A stretch of 64,000 bases of DNA from Chlorokybus atmophyticus (taxonomy: Eukaryota; Plantae; Mesostigma and Chlorokybus algae): contig RHPI01002090.1 in the NCBI GenBank assembly GCA_009103225.1, positions 1,659,932 through 1,723,931 of the forward strand. The letters are read 5' to 3'. Made by a program: the position numbers and the translations under genes. The notes under the pieces are model-generated. The model did no database searches. It was given only the letters and a program-made list of their open reading frames with translations, and was not told the DNA's origin. Of the stretch, positions 38,006 through 52,494 are shown one piece after another (positions within the stretch are counted from its first letter, which is position 1; each line of letters opens with the position of its first letter).

Positions 38006-39491
38006 CTATCTTTGGGTACTTCTGTCGCTGCGTTAAGAAAGCCTTTTGGCTGCACGAATGTGTGGATGCTGAACTGTGTGCCTTGAGCATGGGTGTCATG
38101 CATGGTCTTCTGAGCAGTGTGCGCGAGACATTCACTTTGCAGCCAGCATGCCCGCCTGCATGGGGTGCTTGCATGTAGTTACTAGTCAGGTTTAGGGGCA
38201 TGCGGTCCACAGCACCATCATGCACAGATAGCAGGTTGGAGCACCCTGTCCTAATTTCGCAGTCTGCTGTGAATTTATTTGTGAATGAGTTAACTGCAAC
38301 ACTGGCAACCTACAAGCATGTCGGGCTCCACATTCACCTGCCGTTAGTTGCAAGGATGCGTAGCAGCGCCTGTGTTACACGAGCAATGCCAGTACAGTGC
38401 AGCAATGGGTGGCATGGGAACAAGCACCGGTTTTAAGTCGCGCTGGGGCACACACAACTGAGATTGGTGTGAGGTTTTCAATCAATCTTGTGGAAGATGC
38501 ACAAATTGTACAACTGGTGCAGCACAGCGCGCATGCACTACATGCGCTGTATAGCACGTGTAAAAGATGACTGGCAATGTACTGATGCCTTTGCAATATG
38601 AATAGATTGGCCACGCGGTACACGGTAGCCAGCTTTTTCCCGACTTCCTCGATCCTTGATAGGGAGAGAGTTACCAGGATCATCTGCATGATACCGTTCA
38701 CAAGGTCTCAATGCAGAACCACTAGCGCTACACATAGCAACCTGACGCGCTAACCACATCACCAATGCCAACGCGCTTAGCAACCACCCAACTATGCTCG
38801 CATGCATGTAGCGGTTGCGGCCGGGTAGTTGCAGTCGCACATGTTCACGTGTGTTCGTGTGTGCAGTTGTGCAGTATGGTAGGCATGGAGCCAAGTATGT
38901 AGCAGTTTTTAAACTCTTGCTATTCTAGTAATGAGAGAATGTGGGCCACGCTAAGGCCACCGCAATGTTCAACAGGGTAGTCATGGGGAAGGCTCGTGGT
39001 GGTGGCCAGCAAGAAACTGCACACACGGCTGTAGTGCTCTCAATAAAACCAAAAGACCATGTCCTGAGCCCGCTGCACCGCACAAGCAATCCACTCTCTA
39101 CTCAGCCTGCTTGTCCTGCTCCTGCGCGTCGTCTGTTAGCGTCTGTGAGCATTTAGGGTCTAGGCCCCCACAATTGTTAATCAATTGTGGTGGATTTGCG
39201 TGCGTGGCGCTCTAGCGATTTTGAGCTTATGCGCGTGCATGGTTGACGCATTGTGACTGCTATGCATGCACTGCTACGGTCTTTGCATGTGCTTGCACTT
39301 GTGTCGGACGCACATGTGCTTGCTGGTCAGTGCCAACGGACGCTGCACATCCACTGACGCAACGAGCCACCCTATATAAGCCAGCTGAAGCTAGTGCAGC
39401 GCATGTGATGCAACAAGCAGTGATACCAGGGAGGCCAACATTCCCGAACAACCCACTACCAAACCAAAAGCGGCAGGAGTTGTTGTGCAGC

Positions 39492-42066
39492 CTACTCTGC
39501 GTGCCTCAAAAAGGCAGTCAACTTTGACACGTGTTCTTGAAAATTCCCATACACCAGATTTGTGCGAAGCGGTGCGAGTTGTGGACGGAAAATACGCGCC
39601 GGGGAAATCTCTTCCCCAAAGGTGTCCACCAACACGTGGCATGCTGCATGAAAACTGTCTTCCAGCATCTTAAGCGGGCGAAATGCTGGCCTTGCACCAG
39701 TCGGTAACCTGGGGCCTGTGGCCTTATCGAGTCCCCTTGCTTGACCCCACATGCCCTTGGGAACTGCAGCGCGGGACTTTTCTAAAACAGGGTCTATTAG
39801 CTGAGGCGCAGTAGCATATTGATATGCGCGATAGTAGTCCTCGATGGCGAGCAAGGATGATGTAAGTGCAGTCACAACTGCCGCAATGGACCCTTGCAGC
39901 TGGACAATTCCGTATGTGTCTTCCTGATGGGACGCAGCAACCAAAGACGAGATTGCACGCGCGCTCCAAGCAACCACCTGTCCAGAGACAGCAAGTATAG
40001 AGCTCGATGTAATCACGACTGATGGTCAAACTTTGTTTCATACAGCTGCTGGACAGTAAACCCTTGCTAGAGCAAGATGTAATTGTATCTGCTGAGATGT
40101 CGGAGGTTAGCAGTTTGCTTGCCTGCGCATTGGCGAACAAGCGGACGCTGTCCTTGATGGAAGGCACTTCTCCAAACCGCAACACTAAGTTAGACGGCGG
40201 TGCGGACATGTTTGAAGCACTCAACGCACTGGAAGCACCTGTGATGTGGGCAAAGCGGTGAGAAGAACAGCAACACATGTACAACAGCATGCCAATGATG
40301 GCGTCCGCACTGACCATACTTACCAGTTTTTGCTACTTGGAATGCGACACTGACAGCTTCCGCCAAGTCTTTCGTGAACGCATTGATTGGTTGCAAACAC
40401 GCCTGCAGTTATAGAGCAAGTTGAGTGGTACTACAGCTGTTTCCTTTGGTTCAGATCACTGGGCACCAGAACAAACACCAGCCCGCAGTTGCAAACGGCT
40501 TGCATGTCTGCTGCGCATAGTAAATAAGCACCTGTTCCACGGTGCTCCAAGCAGTCTCAGCAAACAGTGCTTCCCTGCGTGCTCTCCCGCTGCCAAGCTC
40601 TGCGACCTGGCAGAGGTCCAGCAACGCCAGGTGCTGCAGCATAGGCGATTGCTTGCTCGCCAATGCCTCCAGGAGGAGGCCGTTTATGTTGTCGGGCCAT
40701 TGCTTGGTGGCACCAGTGAAAGCCACATCTTCAGTAAAAACGACCTGCAAGCAATTAATGAAGCAAACACACAGTACAAGGGCACATAACTGCATGCTCT
40801 ACTGGAGTAACTTGCTTGATGAGAGAACATGGTTGGCAAGGACTGCACGCATGCTACAACGCACTGCAACCGCATCAATTGGCTGGCTTGCCTCAATGGT
40901 GCGACGGGCTATCTCCCAGCAGTACACCACCAATACACCAGCACTCAGCAGCTCCATGAAGGGCACAGCAGGCGCAAGCCATGACCAGCACAACAGGAAG
41001 TGGATTGCAAGAGCTGCAGGAGACACATGCGCAGCAACTACCGCAGCCGTGAACAAGTGAGGTTTTAATCTGTAGTACCTGTGACGCTACCACAAGGCTG
41101 TGTCAGCAAACACTTTTCGCTGCAGCAAACAACAAGAGCGAAGTGCCGGCAGCGGATAGGTCACTATCTCTAGCTACAAAATGGTATGCCACTCACAGTG
41201 CCATGCACAAAGAATAATAACGCATGCTGCATTGTTGCCAATGTACCTGAACTATAGGGAAGTGAAGGACATGCGCGCCGCTTTGCCTATACCAGTATGT
41301 GTAAGCAGCCCCGAGCAGCGCACCATGAGTTGCTGTGCTCGCTAGCAACGCAGGTGACATGTGGGCTGTTTGCATGTAGATTGCCAAAACAATGCATGCG
41401 ACGCCTGACAGGCAACAGGCTCCCAACACAAACAACGTTCTTTGCAAGCTTTGCAAATAGAGTGCTCCTGCAGCCTGCAAACACAAGTGCACTATAGCAC
41501 AGCCACACAAGCGCACGCAATGTGCTGTCAGGCGTAGCAACTTTGGCATTGTAAGAAATGGTGTCACCTTCAGTGGGTCTTGTGCATTTTTTGTGGAGTC
41601 AGGTGGCGCGGTCAAGACTAGCCAAGGCCACTTGACAGCATGCACCAAAAGGGGTCTAAGCCTTGGAGCGGGTTGATCTAGAACCGTCATTGCTTGGCGG
41701 AACGCGATTAGTGCTATTAACTGCAGGAACACAGTTGAACAGCACAAAACGAGCCTTAGCTTGCTATGAATTGGTAGGCGAAACTTGCTGGTTATGCCAA
41801 TAGATGCAGCTGTGTCAAAGACAGGCATGATTTCGTAGGCTTTATTAGCTAGTTTGAAGTGTCACAAGCAACATCTTCACCTGCGACATAAGGAAGGCTG
41901 CTGCGGCACCCCAATGCCGCAGTGAGAGCCATGTGCGCAGGATCGACTGCCAGGTGGCCAGCCTCCAGGCGCCGAGCGCCAAAACAGCCGCCGCAGCATG
42001 CCACGTGGCTGCCGCGATGAAGCGCCACTTGCACAGCTCCTTGAACTCAGCGTCCGCCTCCGCCAT
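39492..42066 (-). CDS. NDC1: Transmembrane nucleoporin NDC1
   Basis: Hydrophobic N-terminal exons start at MAEADAEFKELCKWRFIAAATW. Conserved-looking LQHLALLDLCQVAE...RREALF and EDTYGIVQLQGSIAAVVTALTSSLLAIEDY resemble plant NDC1 as recalled. Stop at 39492. Confidence 0.78.
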
Positions 42067-42275
42067 GCCGACACACAAGACAAACAACTACACTTTAAGC
42101 TTGCATTTGCCTTCAGGCATGCATGCAGAGGTGGTATGCTTACAACAGACATGCGCGCATAGCAGTGTGTTTCAACGGCAGGGGCGGTGTGGCGGCGGCG
42201 GCGAAAGGGAGGGCGGTGGGGTTGCTGGACGTAGAGGTCGGAGTAAAGAAGCTGACGCTGTGAGTCTAGGAAACA

Positions 42276-44955
<2,680 letters not shown>

Positions 44956-45113
44956 TATTCAAACATGCCATTCTGCAACTCGCGTTGTTGTACAAACATT
45001 GGGAAGGCGCTACTACCACTACATGTATGAGTATGTCTAATGTAGCGCTAGTAGTAGTACACAGTGTGGCTATGCTGTGCTTGGTAATCAAACAATTGCC
45101 TGCGCTTCCTGCC

Positions 45114-45981
45114 TTATCCTCCACTCTTCTTCGCTTTGTAGCCCATCTTCGAGAGAAGCTGCACCACTTTGTCTGTATGATCACCCTGTCATGATCGAGT
45201 TAGAACTGAGCCAAGCCCAACATGCATGCATGCTTACGCATGAGAGCAAACACTGGAGATGAACGCATCGGAGCTTGCCATGGATCACCAAGTACCTGCA
45301 GTTCCAGTTCCTGCTCCCTCAGCGTGCCTCCACTACCGCAATTGGCCTTCAGTTGCTTGAGAAGCGTCTCCAGTGTATCGGGTTTGTGCTTCAGCCCTGT
45401 GACAACCGTCACTGTCTTCCCGGCACGCCCCTTCTTGCTTGCTTGTACCCTAGGCTGCTGCTGTTGAACTGGAACATCCTGCACGTGACACAATCTGATT
45501 CTTGATGCGTGTGGCGTGTGGTTGTCTTTTACGCATCCACCACATTGCATGCACCTCCACATGCAACTGCTTACTGCTCCATCTTGCTCTGAGTTAGACC
45601 AAAAGCACACATACATGCAGACGGAGTGAGCTGTGCTGTGTAATTGACACAGCTAATGAGCAAGCCTACCAATCACCCAGTCGCAGTCACGCAATTAGTG
45701 TGTCAAGCATTTCCTCACAGACTTCTGACTGCATTCAAACCAAGCAACATAGGAACATCTTTATGGAGGTTCACCTCTGCTAGCAAAGCCGGGTCCGGCT
45801 TCTTGGCCTTGGGATCATTCTTGATCTCCACGCGCTGCTTGCCAGCCTCCCGCCTGGCAACCGGCCGCACCGCCGTTACCCCACCCGCAACACCCACACC
45901 ACTCCCAGAGGCTGTCCTCAGCCTTACCCTCAGTGCAGTGGCAGCACCAGCAACGCCTCCGCCCACAAGCACACTCCCCAT
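45114..45981 (-). CDS. yciH: Plastid-targeted SUI1/YciH translation initiation factor, cyanobacterial type; 3 exons
   Basis: Transit-peptide-like exon 1 (ATG 45981, alternative 46083). Exon 45478-45296 gives DVPVQQQQPRVQASKKGRAGKTVTVVTGLKHKPDTLETLLKQLKANCGSGGTLREQELELQ. The last exon gives GDHTDKVVQLLSKMGYKAKKSGG* (stop 45114-45116). Confidence 0.86.
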
Positions 45982-46807
45982 TCCCTCTTTTAACGCATTG
46001 TCCTTCTTTTCCTGTGGTTTTTTGGAAACAGTGTCCAGGGAGTACGTGACTCGGATACGTTTGATCGTGCAGCCGCCAGTCATCGGTCAACCGACCTGGA
46101 GCTCGTCTGTGTGGTGTGGACGCGTGAGGAAGCCGGGCTTGAGTTGCCACGTCGGACTGCGCTTTCCGCCACAAAAAGCTGATCTCTCGCTCTTCTTCAC
46201 CACGGTCACTCGCTCGCCCAACCTGGAACGGCAGCCGTTCAGTCAAAGGATTGCATGAATCGGTCATGTGTCAGGCTTGGCAATGAGAGAAAGCGCGCTG
46301 CATGTTGCACCCTTGGATTCAGGAAGCCGGCCGATCTCTGTGTTACAAATTGCTGATCTGAGCACGGCGTGTTGGCCGACATTGCCGGGCAGGTCGGGTT
46401 GTGACCTTGTCACAAACGGTTCATGACAATGCCACCATTACGATAAAACCGATGGCTTGCATTAGGCTGCCAGCAAATGGACTGCCTACATTTCACGAGG
46501 CAAAAACAAAAAGTGCCGTCGGATAAAGGCGCCCAACGACATGCCCCAGCGCAGAGCAACGCCAAACTTTTCTGAAGCAGGAGGCGTTTGAGAGCGAGTG
46601 AGTGAGTGGGAGTGATTGCCAGCTGGCAAGCCGCCACTCACTCTGACTGCGAATAGCATCGCCTTTGGGCGGTGGAGAAGCGACGGCGGCTGCGGCGGCG
46701 GTGGTGGTTGTGGACGTGGAGGCGGAGGTGGAGGGAGAAGCCTGGGGTTGTGGGTTTATAGAGATTGGCTGAACTGGGCGTCGCGAGGCGCTTTGTAGGG
46801 TGCAGTC

Positions 46808-49800
46808 ATGTCGTCGGCGGCGGCGCAGGCGTTGGTGCAGAGTCTGCGGGCTGAGCCGCGACCTTTCCTGTCGGGCTCTACTTTCACAGCAGCTTCAAGG
46901 CCTCAGCCGCTTAGGCCATGCTCGCCGTGCACCAAACAGACTCCTGTTGTTTGTGCCAGTAAACAACAGAAACGAGGGTATGAAGCCGTTGGCCCTGTGC
47001 GCGTTGTCAAGCAAATCTTCTCTCTATGTATGTAAATTTTTGTGTTGATGCTTTTTCGCAATCAATACCGCTCATAGTCAAATGCGGCATGAATGGGCAG
47101 TAGCATACTTACAGATGTCTCACATCCGTCTTTGACCCCTGGGCCATTGTGTTCTGCAGATCGAAAGGGACACAAAGCCGTAGTCAGGTAGCGTTGAAGG
47201 CTGTTTTTTGTGTGTTGCGCGCTTCATGGTCCAAGTTTATGACATCAGCTGATTTGCTCACGAATTGGCGTGATGGCTTGGACCTCCGTGCAATTGCTTG
47301 TTCCTGTCGTGTCTGACAGGGCGCAGTAGTGTCGCAAGCAACCGTGCCAACTGCTATCTCAAAACCTCCCGCTCAACCTTCAACGAATGGCGTTTCACAT
47401 AATGCGCCAGCCTCCCAAACTTCTGCAAACGCCATTGCCGTGCAGACCACCATCGCCGAGCCAGCTTCAGCAGCTCCCGCTGGGACAAAATTGGAGGATT
47501 TGATGGACATGATTAAGGCTGCGGAGAAGAGTGGGTATCTAGTCTATTCTATGACTATCAACGGTTTGCAGGCAGTCGTTGCACTAACATGCGCTTTGCA
47601 ATGCAGACATCATGCTGTTACACAATGCGCGCTTGAAAAGTGAAGCCGCCTTGGAGGAAGCATCTCGAGACAAGTCGTTGCTCGAAGGGCAGGTGGTTGG
47701 ACTGAGTAGTCTCTCTGTTCAATGCAGGAGTGCATGCGTTCTATGTGACATGCATATAACTGTCAATCAACGCGCCACAGGTCCAAGTGTTTCAAAAGCG
47801 CGTTGACGAGATGGAGGAAGAGCGCGTGGCTATGGAGGAATTGCTGCAGCAATATGCTAACAAGCTGGACGGAGAAGTCACATTGCAGACAGCTAGCTTA
47901 CCTGTAGCTTTCTGGAGCAGCTTGCTTGTGCGGCTGGACGATCTTTTCATGAAGCGGTTGCTTTCCAAGGATGAGCATGCATCTTTGCGGTTGCTTGCTT
48001 GGGCGCGCGATCAGCGAATGGGCAAGGTGGGTCGCTTTCATGCATGCGGGAGCAATGGCAAGCATGCATTCAGTCTGTCAACATACACAACCATGGCACA
48101 GTGTGCACGGTCTTGACAAGGCATGTTTGGAAGCAATTGCTGACATAGATGCAGATATCATGGTGTATGCCTGACATGCAATTACTGGCAGGCGTTTTCG
48201 GCTTTGCTAGATGTCCAGGATGATAAGGAGCTGCGGGATGGCATCATTGACCTTGTAAACATTCCACGAAGGTGCATGCTGAGCGCGTGCAACACTTTCA
48301 ATTCAAGTTTACAACAGCACATTCTTGCATGCTTGGGTTGATATAGTGTTTGTTGCTTATGCGCTTCATCCAACGCTTGTGCATGTTGACATCGTGGAAA
48401 TGTCCTCCCTGAGGTTGGTGTTTACTGACTTATGCTCGTTCTTTTATACAGGCCAGGCCTGCATGTCGTGCACATTGCAGCGGAGATGGCGCCAGTTGCA
48501 AAGGTGGGTTTTACTCAAAACTGTTTACTTTGGTGCGATAAGGCCAATAACTGCTGGAGTGCTTTGCCTCTTGTTGGCAGCCATGTCACTGTCTATCTAT
48601 TTGTTTCGGGCAAACGCACAAGTTGTGTTGTTGTCTTTCTTTCTCAGCACGTACAGTGACGGCTTGTCTCCATAGCAATGCGATCTGGCGCCAGAGTTTG
48701 TTAGACTGCGCAACCACTAACAGCATGTCGTTGCTTGCTTGATCGACATGCAGAGCCAATCTGCATGTGCAAGCTATGTCTGGAGTCGCTACACTTGCAG
48801 CAGCAAACGTGTGGTATTGTTAGGTCGGAGGACTTGGGGATGTGGTGACGGGTTTGGGCCGTGCGCATCAGAAGAAAGGCCATATGGTGGAGGTGATTCT
48901 GCCAAAGTATGACTGCATGGATTACTCCCAGATCAAGGACCTCAAGGTGTGTACTGCATTTACTTGCCAAAGTCAGTTGCTCGCTGGGTATACGCGTAAC
49001 GGTTCCATGGCTCCAGGACACAGGCTATGAGTTTACGTCATACTTCGATGGCGGTTGGCACAACAACAAAGTGTGGCGCGGTCTAGTGGATGGTGAGCCC
49101 ATAATGTGCTAACACGTGCAAGTGTTTTGAAGGGTGTTTGTTGCGAGATTTTTTTGTGTGTTAGGACCTCCTGCTGCAGCACTTCTGCTGTCCAGTTCGT
49201 GTTGTGTCCGTATGTCTATTGTGTGCACTCGCATGTCATCAGTCAACCCGTGCAATGGTGTCAATGTCGCCGCTGCGCATAGAGGCCAACTTGCATTGTA
49301 ACTATCATTGACTGCTACAATGGTTGTGAACGGTCGGATCAAAGTCATCTGTTTATTGCAAGTCCGTCCAAACATGCCAACCACTATACTGTCCAGACCT
49401 GGCCGTTTTCTTTATTGAGCCGCTGCACACTGGTGGCTTTTTTTGGCGCAAAACCTTTTATGGGGAAGCAGACGACTTTTCGCGTTTCAGCTATTTCAGC
49501 CGCGCAGCACTGGAGTTTCTGTACAGGGTCGGCAAGCGCCCTGACATAATTCACATGCACGACTGGCAGACCGCAGCAGTGGTAAGTTTGCATGTACTGA
49601 CTGCATCTATATTGTTTGAAGCATGCTTCTTTATTCTTCTTGTAACAACAGCCGCAAGTCGAGAATGCGCCACAATTTGCTGACATCGGTTGCAACAGGC
49701 TCCACTGTATTGGGACGTTTACGCACCTCAAGGCTGGGACTCGTCACGCTTAGTGCTTACGTGTCATAACTATGAGTTTCAAGGCACTGAGCAACCCAAC

Positions 49801-50942
49801 TCCCTCAGACTGATTGGCCTCGACCCCTTTCATTACAACCGGATGGATCGACTTCAAGACAACTACATGCACAATAAAATCAACCTGTTGAAGGGAGGCA
49901 TTGTGTACTCCAACGCTGTGACCACCGTGTCACCCACATATGCTGTCGAATCGCGAACCCCAGAGGTTAGCCTTACTGTATCTTTGTAATCCTGTTGGCC
50001 GTACCGCAGCAGAGGAACGTAAGTTGTGTACTTACCTTGCCTATGTTGGTATAGGGTGGAAGGGGATTGCACAACACCCTGTTACAACAGGGCGGCAAGT
50101 TTTACGGCATCCTAAATGGCATAGACAATGATGTGTGGAATCCTGAGACCGATCCCTTGCTGACCAGCCATTATAATTATGAAAACACCGCTAACAAGCA
50201 GTTGTGCAAGCGTGACCTGAAGAAGATGCTGCGGTTAGCTGATGACGGAGTCGACGGGCGCAGGCCACTTGTCTGCGCGGTTTCTAGGCTTGTGCAGCAG
50301 AAAGGCGTGCACCTCATCAGGCACGCCATCTATCGCACGCTCGAGTTGGGAGGGCAGTTTGTCTTGCTTGGCTCAACCCATGACCCTGCGATTAAGAAGG
50401 AGTTCGATCAGCTTGCCAGGGATTTCGAACACAATACGCATGCACGGTTGCTCATAAAGTACGATGAGACGCTGGCTCATCGCATTTATGCCGGCGCGGA
50501 CATCTTTGTCATTCCCTCAATATTTGAGCCATGCGGTAAGTTCATTTGATGATTGTTACATGCGTTTGTGAGTTGCACTGTAACACATGATTACTGCTGT
50601 TGGTTTGTTAACAATGAATGTCCTTTGCCTGCAGGCCTCACGCAACTCATCGCTATGCGCTATGGCGCAATTCCAGTTGCTAGGAAAACAGGCGGATTAA
50701 ATGACAGTGTATTTGATGTCGATGATCAGTCACTGGCACCGGAGGACACCAACGGTTTCTGCTTTCACCAGCCAAATGAGCACGGGTTGAATTCTGCACT
50801 TGATAGGGCTATCCAGTACTATTGGGAGAGGCCAGAATGGTGGTCTCAGATGGTCGAGCAGGCCATGAGCATGGACTTCAGCTGGGACAGGGCGTGTGAG
50901 GAGTATGGGGACATTTATGCAGCCGCTGTTGCTGCTGTTTAG
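46808..50942 (+). CDS. SS4: Soluble starch synthase 4 (GT5) with transit peptide and N-terminal coiled coil
   Basis: FWSSLLVRLDD...LRLLAWARDQRM (SS4-specific N-region); GLHVVHIAAEMAPVAKVGGLGDVV; YFSRAALEFL...PDIIHMHDWQTA; APLYWDVY; VTTVSPTYA; GILNGID; SRLVQQKG; PSIFEPCGLTQLIAMRYG. Confidence 0.93.
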
Positions 50943-51386
50943 ATACTGGATGTTGTGTGCTATTGTATTGTATTGTAGAGGTGTCGTACATGTTACTCTA
51001 AGCTTACCGGTATGTTACTGGCAGTGCGAGTTCGTCTATTATTGTTGATGAGGTGGTTGGCAGCTTGTCAAAATGTGCATTAACAACTAATGGTAGCACG
51101 GGATGGAACCGTCGCCATGCATTGGTGGTTGCGTGCGAATCTTCAATGACAACTGCGACCTGATTCTGCTAAGCTTTACAGTGTCGGGCCAGTTATTCCT
51201 CTCTGCGGACGCTGATGATATGGTAAGCCTCTGCACGCGCGATAAGCAACACAATGCTTCAGACGCTAGAAAGGCATCTAGACACCCCCACCCCCCATAA
51301 ATATACGCACACATGCGTGTTGTTTGGGAGCGCATTTTGCGTTGTGCATCAATAACATCGGCGTCGCCTGGCATAGAGCCTCTGCC

Positions 51387-52153
51387 TCAGTAAGCAACAA
51401 GCAGATATACAAAAGCAAATGTCGCTGAATTGTTTAGCACTGTGTAACATGTAGGGCTTGCATTTGGAAACTGCGCTGTTGGAGGGGTGGGTCTGTCGGT
51501 GATACAGGAGGAAGGCGAGGAAGTGATTGGGAAAGGTGTGTTGCAGTTGGGGAAGAAGGAGAGTGAGGCCGCAGAAGAGTACGCATCTGTTGCTGCTGCG
51601 CTTGCCATTTGCATGTACATTTTCACCTAGAACCCCACTATCGTGCCAGGAATCGCACACCACTACTAGCAGGGTGGAAGCCCCTCCCCCCCCCCCACCC
51701 CACCCCGCCCCGCCCCAAACATGCGCACGCGCATGCACATGCGCACATACATAGTTGGGATTTGTCCATATGTTGGGGGCAGCACGCATTCGTTTACAGC
51801 GAGTTTCCCTTCTGCAGTGGTGCCTGTCCCAAAGCGGCGCAGAAAAAAGAGCCCTGCAGCCCCAACAACAACAATACCACCCACACCAACAGCGCAGGCG
51901 GCGGCAGCGAAAGTGTATTGAGCACGTTCAAATACTGCGTCGTCACGCACCACTGCTGCCCCTAACGCTGGGAAGCCTCCATCTGGTACATTTACTTGTT
52001 GGGACTCTATCAATGTATATCTGTCATCACAATAAAAAAAGTACACGTACCCACACTTCACGGACCACTAACTGCTTGTGCAAAAGGAGTTCCCTCACTG
52101 CTGCAGTCACCTCGCCTTCGCAAGGATGTCAAGCACAATCCGCACAGCACTCG
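51387..52153 (-). CDS. Three phase-compatible exons (CxxC plus a transmembrane segment), possibly the true C-terminus of the Rieske gene
   Basis: Exons 52153-52111 (RVLCGLCLTSLRRR), 51982-51798 (DGGFPALG...CAVGVGGIVVVGAAGLFFLRR...) and 51626-51387 have GT-AG borders and join in frame. Joining them to the Rieske gene needs a weak donor at 52500. Confidence 0.3.
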
Positions 52154-52494
52154 CTGCTCAAGGGCCCAACCCATTAGTTTGTAGACATGAAGTACTGCGT
52201 GTGACGTTTGCCACTATCACTTACTCCTTTCCTACCTTTGCTTCCCAGAAGCTAAGGCCCGCAATGCACACAGGGCCTGTATATGCCTTGTTATTCACAA
52301 CTCATTATCTTGGCATCAGTGTCAATAAAGCAAAGCTCTGACAATTGCACACAAATACCAATGGACATCACTACGCGCGCACTTAAAACACGATTACGTC
52401 CTCCACACATTGCCAACCTACATGTACAACCGCCACACTCGCACACCTAATCTACATGCAATGCCATGCGGGCAATGAACTCTAAGCTCGCAAC

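Noticed and set aside
45644-46258. 204-aa plus-strand ORF
   Set aside because: It is antisense to the YciH first exon, starts at TTG and has no domain; likely a shadow ORF.
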